Program-made: the position numbers and the translations under genes
Shown here: positions 39,400 to 51,964 of the stretch, in pieces
Layout: each line of letters opens with the position of its first letter
How positions within the stretch are numbered: position 1 is the stretch's first letter
Notes under the pieces: model-generated
Database searches by the model: none
Told to the model about the DNA's origin: nothing
What the model saw: only the letters and a program-made list of their open reading frames with translations
Assembly: GCF_004010195.1 (NCBI RefSeq)
Contig: NC_057755.1
Coordinates: 12,694,142-12,758,141 of the forward strand
DNA: 64,000 nucleotides
Source of the DNA: Chiloscyllium plagiosum
Taxonomy: Eukaryota
Direction: 5' to 3'

Positions 39400-39584
39400 C
39401 TGAAACAGAGTAAAGAACATCAGGCAAGCTTTGAAAAGTGATCTTAGAGATGTGTAAGAAGATTTTATCACAGCAAACTTTTAATATTTATTGGGCATAC
39501 CAAACACAGATCATTGAGAACAAAGATCCTGTCTATCAATTTTGTTGAGCTGTTTGATTTACGGATTTGGTGTTTTTATTTTTC

Positions 39585-40160
39585 ATGGGCTGCGGATAAC
39601 ACTAGCTAGATCAGGATTTGTTGACCATCCCTAGTTGCTCTTGAGAAGGTGGTGGTGAGCTGTCGATTGACCTACAATGTCCTTAGAAAAGGAGTTCCAG
39701 AATTTTGACCCAGCTACATTGAAGGAATGGTGATATATCTCCAAGTCAGCTTGGGGAGTGACTTGAAGGGGAATGTTTACGTGGTGGTGTCTCCCCCTGT
39801 CCTTCCAGATGGAAGTGCTCGCGGGTTTGGAAGGTGCTGTTAAAGGATTTATGATGAATTGCAGTAGTGTCTCTTGTAGATGATACACATTGCTGCCACT
39901 TTTTAAACAGTACTGATGGAGTGAACGTTGAAGGTGGTGGATGGAGTCCTGGTCAAGCAGACTGCTTTGACCTGGATGGTGTCGAGCTTCTTGAGTAATG
40001 TTGGAGCTGTACCCATCCAGGCAAGTGGGAAGTATTCCATCACATTGCTGACTTGTGCCTTCTAAATGGTGATAGGCTTTGGGGAGTCATGAGGTGAGTT
40101 ACTTGCTGCAGTATTCCTAGTTTCTGACCTAATCTTGCAGCCGCTATATTTATATAGCGA
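39585..40160 (-). mobile_element. Older LINE family 3' fragment (same family as 54205-54600)
   Basis: Shared ccatccaggcaagtggg.agtattcca block. Confidence 0.6.
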
Positions 40161-40164
40161 ACCC

Positions 40165-41568
40165 AGTGGACCAGATCCTTGAAACCTGAAAAAATATAGA
40201 TTGGAAAAGATCCCTAAAGCCCAAATAATTTCACACTTTCAGGGATCTCCCTGAAACATGAAAAATTCTGCACTGGACCAGATCTCTGAAAGGCTAATCA
40301 TTCTGCACTGGAATGGATCATCAAAATATGGGTCATTTTTACACTAGAATTAATCACAGAAACACAAGTAATTGAACCAGATTAAACTATCGAAACACAA
40401 GTCTTTATCCACTGGAATATGCCACTGAAACATGGCGTAGGTCATAAAAACATGGGTCACTCTACTCTGGAATAGATCCCTGAAACATCAGTCAATGAAA
40501 CAGGAGTTATTCTATACTGCAATAGATTATTAAAATGGGTCATTTTTCACGTGAAAGATGACTAAAAAAAATGCATTATTGTGAGTTGGACTAAGCCAAG
40601 AAAAACTGATCACTCTACACTGCAATTGATCACTGAAATATGAGTCAGTCATTCTGCACTGGCAGGATCACCGAAACATGAGTCATTTTACACTGCAACA
40701 GATTATCAAAACCTGGGACATTTTTCACTTGAAAAATCACTGATAATTCATCACTAGATCATCAAAATATTCAGCAATCTAAACACTGGAATAGATCACT
40801 AAAAAAAAATCAGTCATTCTACACTGGAATAGATCACTGAAGCACAAGTCACACTGAGATCTTCCATATCCCAAGTGTCCTTCCACGCTGGAATATATTA
40901 TCAAAACATGGATCATTCAACCCTGGACTAGATCATCAAAATGTGAGTCATCCTACACTAGAATTGATAACAGAAAAATCAGTAATATTTGAATAAGAAT
41001 TATCACTGAAACAAAAATCATTGTATACTGGAATAGACATTTGAAAATGGGTATTCTACACTAGAATACATCATCAAAACATGGGTTATTCAATAGACTA
41101 TTGAAACATGGTTCAATCTGCACTGTAATATATATAATGCAAACATGGTTCAATTGCAATGGAATAGATAATAGGAACATGGGTCATTGCACTGGAATTG
41201 ATCACTAAAAAATGAATCATTGTACAATGGAATAGGTCATCAAAACATAGATTATTCTACACTGGATAGATGGCTGAAACTTGAATCATACCATACCGGA
41301 ATAGGTCATTGAAATATGGGTCACTTTATACTGGAACAGATAGTGGAAACATGGGTTATTGACTCATTGGAATTGATGCCTGAAGCACAGGTCACCCTGC
41401 ATTGGAACAGATCACTGAAAGGTCAATAATTGTACAGTGGAATAGATCATCAAAACATGGGACATGCTACGCTGGATAGGTGGCTGAAACAGGAGTCTTT
41501 CTATGCTGGGAAAGATCATCAAAACTAATTTCACTCTACACTGGAATAAATCACTGAAACATGAAGCA
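40165..41568 (+). repeat. 35-bp degenerate tandem array, block 1
   Basis: Consensus CTGGAATAGATCACTGAAACATGAGTCATTCTACA. Confidence 0.9.
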
Positions 41569-42040
41569 TTAGAACATAGAAAAATACAGCGCAGTACAGG
41601 CCCTTTGGCCCTCGATGTTGCGCCGATCCAAGCCCACCGAACCTACACTAGCCCACTATCCTCCATATGCCTATCCAATGCCTGTTTAAATGCCCATAAA
41701 GAGGGAGAGTCCACCACTGCTACTGGCAGGGCATTCCATGAACTCACGACTCGCTGAGTAAAGAACCTACCCCTAACATCTGTCCTATACCTACCACCCC
41801 TTAATTTAAAGCTATGCCCCCTCGTAATAGCTGACTCCATACGTGGAAAAAGGTTCTCACGGTCAACCCTATCTAAACCCCTAAACATCTTGTACACCTC
41901 TATCAAGTCACCCCAAACCTTCTTTTCACCGCACTATTTACCTGGGTGGGAACTTTCAGAGATCTGTGTACATGGGCACCAAGATCCCTCTGCTCATCCA
42001 CACTACCAAGTATCCGACCATTAGCCCAGTACCCCGTCTT
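41569..42040 (-). mobile_element. Young CR1-like LINE 3' end, internally deleted, inside the array
   Basis: ORF 41643..41906; near-identical to 60018-60540 and 54604-54841. Confidence 0.9.
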
Positions 42041-43262
42041 TTGGAACAGATCATTGATACGTCAGTCATTCTAAATTGGACATCAAAAACACAAGTAATT
42101 TCAGAATAGAATAGATTCTCAAAACAGACATTCTACACTGGAATAGATCACTGAAACATGAGTCACTCTGCAATGGAACTGATTATTGAAACATGAATTA
42201 TTCTACACTGGAATAGATCACCGGAATAATGGTAATTCTACACAGGAATAGATCTTTAACACATTACGCCTTCTACACTAGAATAGATTACTGAGACAAG
42301 TATCTTTTTACACTGGAATTCATCATCAGAAGATGAGTCATTTTACACTGGCATCATGACATTCTGTACTGGAAGAGATCACTTGAAAATAAATCAGCCT
42401 ATACTGGAAGAGACCACTGTACCCTGAATCAATCTAAACTGGAACAGATCATCGATATATGAGTTATTTCTATGAACTAGAATAGATCATTAAAGCATGA
42501 ATCATTCTACATGAGAAAGGATTTATGAAACATATGCAATTCTACATTGGAATAGATAATCAAAGCATGAGTCACTTTAGACTGGACAAGATCACGAAAA
42601 CATGAGCAATTGATCACTGGAATAAAACATCAAAACAAGAATCATTCTCCGCTGGAATAAATCGCTGAAACACGAATCATTGTATAATGGAACAGATTAT
42701 TAAAACAATGGCCATTCTACACTGAAATACATCTGGAATGTGAGTCAGTCTACACTGGGATAGATCATCGAAACAAGTATCATTCCACACTGGAATAGAT
42801 CACCAAAACATGAATGTTCAACACTGGAATACGTAATGCAAACATGATGCAATCTGCACTGGAACAGATAATAGAAACTTGGGTCATTCTACACTGGTAT
42901 TGGTGTCTGAAGCACAGGTCACTCTGCATTGGAATAGATCATTAATACATTAGTCACTGCTCTAGAATTGATCACTGAAAGGTGAATCATTGTACAGTGG
43001 AATGGGTAATCAAAACATGGATTGTTCAATACTGGATAGATTACTGAAACAGCAGTCATTCTACACTGCAAAGATCACTGAAACATTGGGATATGTCATC
43101 GAAATAGTATCATTCTATACTGAAGAAAATCACTTAAACATGAATCATTACACTCTGGAAAATATCACTCGAACATGAATCATTGAAACCTAAAACACCT
43201 GTACTAGAATAGAGTATCAGAACATGAGGTATTTTACACTTGGATAGCTCAATGAAACATGG
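42041..43262 (+). repeat. 35-bp tandem array, block 2
   Basis: Unit starts at 42138, 42173 and 42208 show the 35-bp period. Confidence 0.9.
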
Positions 43263-43725
43263 GTAGAACGGTGACTCCGTGGTTAGCACAGCTGCCTCAC
43301 AGCGCCAAGGAGAAAGTGAGGACTGCAGATGCTGGAGATCAGAATCAAGAGTGTGTGGTGCTGGAAAAACACAGCAGGTCATGCAGTATCCAAGGAACAG
43401 GAGATGATAATGAAGGTCTCCAAGGACCTAGGTTTGATTCCAGCCTCAGGCGACTGTCTGTGTAGTTTGCACATTCTCCCCATGTCTGTGTGGGTTTCTT
43501 CCGGGTGCTCTGGTTTCCTCCCACAATCCAAAGATGTGTGGCTTAGATGAATTGGCAATGCTAAATTGCCCACAGTGTGCACGAATGTTTAGGTTAGGAG
43601 CATTAGTCAGTGGTAAATGTACAGTAATAGGATAGAGGAATAGGTCTGGGTGAGTTACTCTCCCAGAGGGTCAGTGTGGACTCGTTGGGCCAAATGGCCT
43701 GTTTCCACACTGTAGGGATTCTATG
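43262..43725 (+). mobile_element. HE1-like SINE with a nested PLE terminal fragment (about 43309-43404, minus strand)
   Basis: SINE head interrupted at ccaagga, which is duplicated at 43305-43311 and 43420-43426. Confidence 0.85.
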
Positions 43726-43734
43726 GTTCCACGT

Positions 43735-44015
43735 GCCATTTTACATTGGAATAGATGACTTTGGAATAGATCACTGAAACATGTATCATATCATTCTACA
43801 CTGGAATTTATTTTGAATGCATTACTCCTTCCACACCGGAGTAGATTGAGACATTGGTCATTTTATACTGGAATAGATTATTAAGACGTGTGTAATTTTA
43901 GACAGGAATCCACCATTGGAACATGAGTCATTTTTCACTGATCTGAAATCATGGTATTCTGTACTGGAATAGATCACTTGAAAATGAATCAGTCTACAGA
44001 TATCAACACATGAGT
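43735..44015 (+). repeat. 35-bp tandem array, block 3
   Basis: Same consensus as blocks 1 and 2. Confidence 0.85.
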
Positions 44016-44019
44016 TATA

Positions 44020-45790
44020 GTATCATAGAGCTACAGACTTGCAACTCATCAACACCAAGCACATATCCCAAATTAACCTAGTCCCATTTGCCAGGATTTG
44101 TCCCAGATCCGTCTAAAACCTTCCTATTCATATACTCATCCAGATGCCTTTTAAATCTTGTAATTATACCAGTTTCCACCACTTCTTTTGGCAATTCATT
44201 CCATACCAATACCACCATCTGCGTGAAGAAATTGCCCCTTAGGTCCCTTTTAAATCTTTCCCCTCTCACATTAAACTTAATGCCCTCTAGTTTTGGATTC
44301 CCTGACCCTGGGGAAAAGACCTTGGCTATTCACCTTATCTATGCCCTCATGATTTTTTTTTAAACCTCTATAAGGTTACCCCTCAGCCTCCTACAATCCA
44401 AGGAAAAATGTCACAGCCTATCCAGCCTCTCCTTATAACTCAAACCTTCCAGTCTCTGCAACATCCTTGTAAATCTTTTTTGCACTCTTTCCAGTTTAAT
44501 AATGTCCTTTCTATAGCACGGCAATCAGAATTGTACACAGTACTCGAAATGTGGCGTTACTAATATCTTGTAAAGCCATAATATGATGTCCCAACTCCTG
44601 TACTCAATGCGCTGACCAATAAAGGAAGGTGTGCCAAATGTCTTCTTCACCACCCTGTCACCTGTGATGCCAACTTTAAGGAACTATGTATCTGCACCCC
44701 TAGGTCTCCCTGTTCAACAACATATCCCAGGGCCCTACCATTAACTGTGTAAATCCTGACCTGGTTTATCTTACTAAAATACAACACCTCGCGTTTAAAC
44801 TCCACCTGCCATTCTTGGCCCACTGGTCCAGTTGAATAAGATCCTGTTGTACTCTGAGACAATCCTTTTCACTGTCCATCATACTGCAAACTTACTAACC
44901 ATGCTTCTAATATTCTCGTGCAAACCCCTTAAATAAATGATGAACAACAGTGGACCCAGCACATTGCTGATCAAAGGCCTCCAGTCTGAAAAACAATCCT
45001 CTACCACCACTCTCTGTCTCCTACTGTCAAGCCAGTTTTGCATTCATTTGGCTAGCTCTCCTTGGATCCTATGCAATCTAATCTTACTAACCAGTTTACC
45101 ATGTGATATCTTGTCAAAAGCCTTGCTAAAGTCCACATAGACAACATCTACCATTCTGCCTTCATCTATCTTCTTGGTTACCTCTTCAAAATACACAATC
45201 AAATTTGTGAGACATGATCTCCCATGCCATACTGAGTATCCCTCATCAGTCCTTGCCTTTCCAAATGCAGGTAGAATCTATCTTCAGAATCTCCAACAAT
45301 TTACCTACCACTAATATTCAGCTCACCAGTCTGTTATTCCCTGGCGTTTCCATGCAACCTTTCTTAAATAATGGCACAACATTAGCCACCCTCCAGTTTT
45401 CCGGCACCGCACCCACGGCTGCTAATGATATAAATATCTCTGCTAGGGACCCTGCAATTTCTTTCCTAGCTTCCCATAATGTCCTGGGATACCCTTGATC
45501 AGATCCCAGAGATTTATCGACATTTATGTATTTTAAGACCTCCAAAACATCCTCTTCTGTAATGTGGACTATGTTTAAGACATCTCTATTGACATCCCCA
45601 AGTTCCCTAGCTTCCATGTTTTCCTCCATCATAAATACTAACATTTAGGATCTCACCCATCTCCTGTGGGTCCACACATTGACAGTCTCATTGATTTTTA
45701 AGGTGCCCTGGTTACTGTTTTGCCCTTAATGAACTTGCAAAATCTCTTTGGATTCACCTTTACCTAATCTGCCAAATCTATCCCTTTTGC
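44020..45790 (-). mobile_element. CR1-like LINE 3' half
   Basis: ORFs 44078..44269, 44647..44862 and 45318..45644 (VPENWRVANVVPLFKKG). Confidence 0.85.
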
Positions 45791-46829
45791 CCGCATGCCT
45801 TTGGAGCTTAAAACTGGGAAAAAATCTAACTCAGTCAGATATGTTGCTCAGCAACGTTTGGGAAAAGTTCCTGAGGTGCTGCCTCTCACTGAGGTGATGG
45901 TTTCTGAAGATGCTGCCTCTCACTTGGATACAGTTCCTGAAAGTGCTGATTCTCGCTAGGGGAGCAGTTCTTGAAGGTGGTCACTCAAACTGTTGGGCAA
46001 AGAGAAAGGGAGACAACTCCTACTCACTCCACTGCTCACTATTTTCTGTTTGTTTAAGCGGCTTGCCAAAATGCTGCCACACTCCTTCATATATCGTGTG
46101 TCTTCATTTTGTTGAAAAGATCCTGCATGGCACCTTACCTCAAATCTTTTCTTTTGACGAAACATACATGTCCTCTAGTATCTGCAAACCTCATTAATCA
46201 TCTGCACAAAGCTTTAACTGGCCCTTTATTGAACTTTGTATTTTGTTCTTCATGTTTATGAATTATTTTCTTTTTATGTTTGTCATCAGTCTTTCTCCAA
46301 GCAATGAGCAGGTGATTCTGCTGCTTAATACTGCTGCATTATTCAGTAAGATCACAGCAGATCTAATCGTAACCTCAAATCCACATTCCCACTGACCGCC
46401 AATAACCTTTTACCATCTTGATTAACAAGTGTCTACCCACTTCTGCCTTAAAATATTCAAGGACTCTGCTTTACAGGAAGAGAGTTCCAAAAACTGAACC
46501 TTCAAAAAAAATTTACTTCATATTTAATTGAAATAAATGACCCCTAATGTTTAACAGTGAGCTCTAGTTCTAGATTCTCCCATAAGAGAAAACATTATCT
46601 CCACATCCAACCTGTCAAGACCCCTTAATACCTCGTGTGTTTTCAATCAAGCTGCCTGTTATGAATATCAACAAATACAAACATAGCTTGTCCAACCTTT
46701 ATTCCTGAAACTGTTAGTCTGGTTTGCAGATACTAGAGGACATGCATGTTTCTTCAAAACCAATTCTCTGAATTGCTTCCGACACACTTAATCTTTTTGT
46801 AGTCTGCTTATGTCCTCTTCACAACGTAG

Positions 46830-47275
46830 TTGGAGACAGTTCAGAAGAGATTTACCAGGATGTTGCCAAGAATGGAAGGTTTGAATTACAAAAAAATTAG
46901 GCTCAGTTTCTTTTCACTGGAAAAAAATCATGCCGAACATTGAAAAGGTGAACAGCAAGGGTCTTTCCCCTAGGGTGGGGGAGGTCAAAGCGAAGTGGCA
47001 TATTATTAAAGAGAGCAGAGAAGGTTTTAAAAAGAACATGAGGGGCAACTTTTTTACATAGAGAGTGATTCATGTATGGAATGAACTGCCATAGGGAGTG
47101 TGGATGGAGGTACAGTTACAAAATTTAAAATATATTTGTATAAGTTAATGAATAGGAAAGGTTTGGAGGGATATGGCCAAATGTTGGCAAGACGAACTAG
47201 TTTAGTTTGGGAACCTGGTCGGCATTGTCAAGTTGGACGAAAGGATCAGTTTCCATGCTTTATGAGTCTATGATT
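46830..47275 (+). mobile_element. CR1-like LINE 3' end
   Basis: Diverged copy of 22880-23340. Confidence 0.75.
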
Positions 47276-47576
47276 CTTTGTTCGTGTCATCAGCAAATCA
47301 GGTAACTATGCATTCTGTCTCTTCATCCAAGTCATTTACGTAAGCTGTGAACAGTTAAGTCCTAACTCCAATCCCTATGGTACATCTTGCGAACCTGAAA
47401 AAAACCTGTTTGTGTCTACTCTCTGCTTCCTGTTTGTAAGTTGATCCTTGGATGAAGTCCATGAGGATCTGAGCACACTTGTTGGCCTGCTGCTCTGACA
47501 ATTTACTCAGTACCATTTCTCTGGCAATTGAGCATTTCCAGAGTTCTCCCTTCCTGCCATTTGCTAATTTTTTTAT

Positions 47577-47868
47577 AGATTAGATTAGATTACTTACAGT
47601 GTGGAAACAGGCCCTTTGACAGTCGACACCGACCCACCGAAGCGCAACCCACCCATACCCCTACATTTACCCCTTCACCTAACACTAGCATGGCCAATTC
47701 ACCTGGCCTGCACATCTTTGGACTGTGGGAGGAAACCAGAGCACCTGGAGGAAACCCACACAGACACGGGGAGAATGTGCAAACTCCACACAGTCAGTCG
47801 CCTGAGGTGGGAATTGAACCCGGGTCTCTGGCACTGTGAGGCAGCAGTGCTAACCACTGTGCCACCCA
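47577..47868 (-). mobile_element. HE1/V-SINE-like SINE
   Basis: Head, V-domain and tail; probable TSD tatagat at 47574-47580 and 47869-47875. Confidence 0.9.
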
Positions 47869-48838
47869 TATAGATGCTTCTGGGATGTTACTTGTATTCA
47901 GCATCATGAAGACTAATGCAAAATACCCATTCAATTCCTTGCCATTTCCTTATTTTCCATTAATATATTTATATATTCCTGGCTGCTTTCTCTTTGCAAT
48001 CTTAATTTTTCCCTTTTTTGGTCATTGTTTGCCATTGTCCGACCTTCTAACCTATCATCTCTCTTCACACAATTATGTTTTTCCTTCAAGGTTGATGCTA
48101 TTGTTAATATTTATACTTAATAATGGATAGTCATAGCATCTCTTGGAAGTCTTCTATTCTTTGGAATGTATCTACACTGTGTATTCTGAAATAATCCCTT
48201 AAATATCTGCCACTGCATCTCCTCTGACCATTTTTCACCTAATTTGCCCATTCACTTCAGCCATCTCTACTTTCATGCTTTCATAATTGCCTTATTTAAA
48301 ATCTTGAGAAGTGGCCTCAGACTCTATCCTGTCTCCCTTAAATTGAATGTAAAATTCAATCTTAGAATAGTCTGCTATGATGGGTGCCTTCACTGAGATC
48401 ATTAATCCATGTTTCTTAGGTTTTTTTTAAACTTTCCATTCACTCAATGTTCTGCTTGATTTTATTTTCTATTATTAGAGGCAAGTTTGTTATGTTTCAT
48501 TGATTTCTCCATTAATCTGAAGAACTCTAGCTTTTGCTGCTGACTCATTTCCTTCTTTTAGGAGCTGGTTCAACTCTATTTTCCATTTATTGGCTTTCAA
48601 ATTTAACCAGGCTAGTTCCTTTTTAATGTCCTTGAAATTGGCTTTCTTCCAGATTTTTATCTTCACCTTCTCTGTTTATAATGTTGAATTCGGTTGCATT
48701 CTGCTTATAATTAGTGATATCCTAGTTACTTGTCTTTAAGTAGCTTCTCCATTTCCACCAATGTGTTGGGGGCAAAATTCAAAAAATGGAGGCAATAAAA
48801 ATTCCTTAGTTTCTCTTGCTGTGGCTAATTTAGCAGCA

Positions 48839-48983
48839 ATGTGGAGCTGCCAGTGTTGGACTGGGGTGGACAAAGTCAGAAGTCACATGACACCAGGTGC
48901 AGTGATGAAGGGGCTGCATTCCAAAAGCTTTTGAATTCAAATAAACCTGTTGGACTATAACCTGGTGTCATGTGACTTCTGAC
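48839..48983. mobile_element. Small fold-back PLE terminus insertion (same subfamily as 36236-37027)
   Basis: Perfect 24-bp inverted repeat at 48875-48898 and 48960-48983; hammerhead relic gtgatgaaggggctgcattccaaaagctt. Confidence 0.7.
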
Positions 48984-50240
48984 AATTTTACAAGGGGAGT
49001 CTAAAACGGGTCTTAGGCATCTTACGTACATCTGTTACAGACAGTTATTTAATGTTTAGCAAGTCGCCTTATCCACTCTGAAGTCAGGTTTGGGATAGGT
49101 GTTGCGTTGATTCCAGAAATTGGTATATTTTGCACCCATTTTTCATCTCCTATTAGTTCAATGTTTAAACTTTGTGACTCTCAGGAATTGGTGAACTTTA
49201 CTCCCTTATTGATCAATATCTACTGGTGGTGGAGCAAGTTTTCCCAATCAGGCAGCCCATGGAGGTAAGGCATCAATTACAAAGAGACGTTTATGGAGAC
49301 TGGTAATAGAATGTAATGTATGGGCCCAGAAACAGGAGCTTGCTGGCATTGTCTTGGACACTCCGGCCTCAGATAAAGGGAGATATTAGGTTCCCCACTA
49401 GTAAGGTATGAACAAAACTAAACTGTGGTTCTTGTTTCTCATTGCTATCTCAGGATCTTGCTTCAGAGAGATCTGTGGGATTCCGATGAGATTTGGATCC
49501 CTTTGACTTTAGAACTGTAACATCTTCAGCACTGAAACTGTCCAGTTGACTTAACGGTTCTCTGCAGGTGCGTAAAGTTTATTATTGCAATATCTTACTC
49601 GAATTGCTACTTCACAGGCTATTGTATCTCTCTTTCCTTCTTTTTCATCTGTTCATTGAATACCCCCTTAACCTTTTGTCTGTATTCCTTCATACTTTTT
49701 GATAAGAGTTATCAATCTCAGTTTTAAAATCAACAACTAATCGATCATCAGTTGCCAATGTTCCAAACTTCTATTGGCTTTTGTGTGAAAATAGGGTAGA
49801 AGATAACCGAGTATATTATTTGCTAGACTGTTAATGCAGAAAGGTAGGTAATATTCTGGGGACCTCGGTTTTAATCCTGTCAGTGGAGATGGTGGAATTT
49901 AAATTCAGTAATAATCTGGACATAAGAATGTAGTGAGGTATTTAAACCATTGCTGATTGTTAGAAAACCCATCTGGTTCACCAATATCCTTTAATGATGG
50001 AAATCTACCATTCTAGGAATGACTCCAGACCCACAGCCATCGAAATGCCCTAGCAGGCCATTCAGTCTTAACTGCGCTCTGGGCAATTAGGGATGGGCAA
50101 TAAATGCTGGTCCAACCAGTGACATCCACATCCCATCAATGAATTATTTCTAAACATCCTGCTGGTTCCATATCTTTCCATGATCTGCTTACATATCTGT
50201 CCTCTATCTCCTGTTAGATAATGGGAGGCCCTCATTATAA

Positions 50241-50450
50241 GGAGAAAGTGAGGTCTGCAGATGCTGGAGATCAAAGTTGAAACTTTATTGCTGGAACAGC
50301 ACAGCAGGTCAGGCAGCATCCAGGGAACAGGAGATTCGACGTTTCGGGCACAGGCCTTTCCTGAAGAAGGGCCTGTGCCCGAAACGTCGAATCTCCTGTT
50401 CCCTGGATGCTGCCTGACCTGCTGTGCTGTTCCAGCAATAAAGTTTCAAC
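50241..50450. mobile_element. Fold-back PLE terminal-repeat insertion with perfect 81-bp arms and a 14-bp TSD
   Basis: Arms at 50276-50356 and 50370-50450 are exact reverse complements; TSD ggccctcattataa at 50227-50240 and 50451-50464. Confidence 0.92.
50358..50391 (+). ncRNA. Minimal type-I hammerhead ribozyme motif (intact core)
   Basis: UUC-CUGAAGA-A-GGGC-CUGU-GCCC-GAAA-CGUC^GAA; predicted cleavage after C50388. Confidence 0.75.
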
Positions 50451-50639
50451 GGCCCTCATTATAACCCCATCATAGTGATTACACCATTCTTATTCCTAAA
50501 TTCTACCCATATTGCCTCGCTGGATGAACCATATTTTTTAGACCGCTCTGAGTCCTCCCTTAGTAAAGATGTGACATTCTCCTTAATCAGTTATAAAACT
50601 CCTCCACCCCTTTTACATCCCTTTCTCTCACCTGAAACA

Positions 50640-51960
50640 TAGAACATAGAACATTACAGCACATACAGGCCCTTTGGCCCTCAATATTGCGCTGACCTGT
50701 GAAACCAATCTGAAGCCCATCTAACCTACACTATTCCATTTTCATCCATATGTCTATCCAATGACCATTTAAATGCCCTTAAAGTTGGTGAGTCTACTAT
50801 TGTTGCAGACAGTGCATTCCGCACCCCTACTACTCTCTGAGTAAAGAAACAACCTCTGACATTTGTCCTATATCTATTTCCCCTCAGTTTAAAGCTATGT
50901 CCTCTTGTGCTAGCCATTACCATCCGAGGAAAAAGGCTCTCACTATCCACTGATCTAACCCTCTGATTATCTTGTATGTCTCAATTAAGTCACCTCTCAA
51001 CCTTCTTCTCTCTAGTGAAAGCAGCCTCAAGTCCCTCAGCCTTTCCTCATAAGGCCTTCCATCCATGCCAGGAAACATTCCAGTAAATCTCCTCTGAACC
51101 CTTTCCAAAGCTTCCTTTTCCTTCCTAAAATACGGTGACCAGAACTGTATGCAATACTTCAAGTGCAGCAGCACCAGAGTTTTGTACAGCTGCAGCACAA
51201 CCCCTGCAGTTTCCTTCCCCATCCTATACGTTCTAAAGCTTGCCTAATCGCATTATAATTGCCTTTCCCCCAGCAATAACTCTTGTTCTATGTTATATAC
51301 CGATCCCTTTCCATTGCTGAAGTAAATATAACTGAATTGTGGTCACTATCACCAAAGTGCTCACCGGCCTCCAAATCTAACACCTGGCTGGGTTCATTAC
51401 CCAGTACCAAAGCCAGTGTGGCTTCGCCCCTTGTTAGCCTGTCTACATACTGTGTCAGGAAACCCTCTTGCACACATTGGACAAAAACTGATTCATCTAA
51501 AGTACTCGAACAATAGACTGGAAATGAATGTTGTGTTGCCAGACCTGCCCTTCTTCTCAACCAAATTTCTGTAATGGCTATCACACCAGGCTCTAAACTC
51601 TTCTGCTTAACCTGTTATATTCCTTGCATTAAAATAAATACTCTTCAGATTGCCAGTACCCCAGTGCTCATTAACTTGGCCCTGTCTATTTTTCCTGGTA
51701 GACTTGATTGATTTAGCCCCTCTCTTCTCCTCAATCATTCCACATTCTGAGCTAATGCTCTGGTTCCCACCCACATCCCCACCTGCCACACTAGTTTATA
51801 CCCTCCTGAGTGGTACTAGCAAACTTCCCTGCAATTGGTGCCCCTCCAGTTTAGGTGCAACCCGTCCTTCTTGTACAGGTCCCACCTTCCCTGAAGAGAT
51901 CCCAATGGTCCCAATGATCCAGATATCCAAAGCCCTCCCTCCTACACCAGATGTTTAGCC
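50640..51960 (-). mobile_element. CR1-like LINE fragments (3' end nested in an ORF1/EN segment)
   Basis: ORFs 50726..50950, 50917..51222, 51288..51584 (EHFGDSDHN) and 51607..51789 (YFNARNI). Confidence 0.85.
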
Positions 51961-51964
51961 AATT

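Noticed and set aside
50241..50450. DNA-transposon MITE or pre-miRNA
   Set aside because: Arms are identical to a PLE terminus, the structure is asymmetric with an extra 35 bp on one side, and the 14-bp TSD matches other PLE insertions here.
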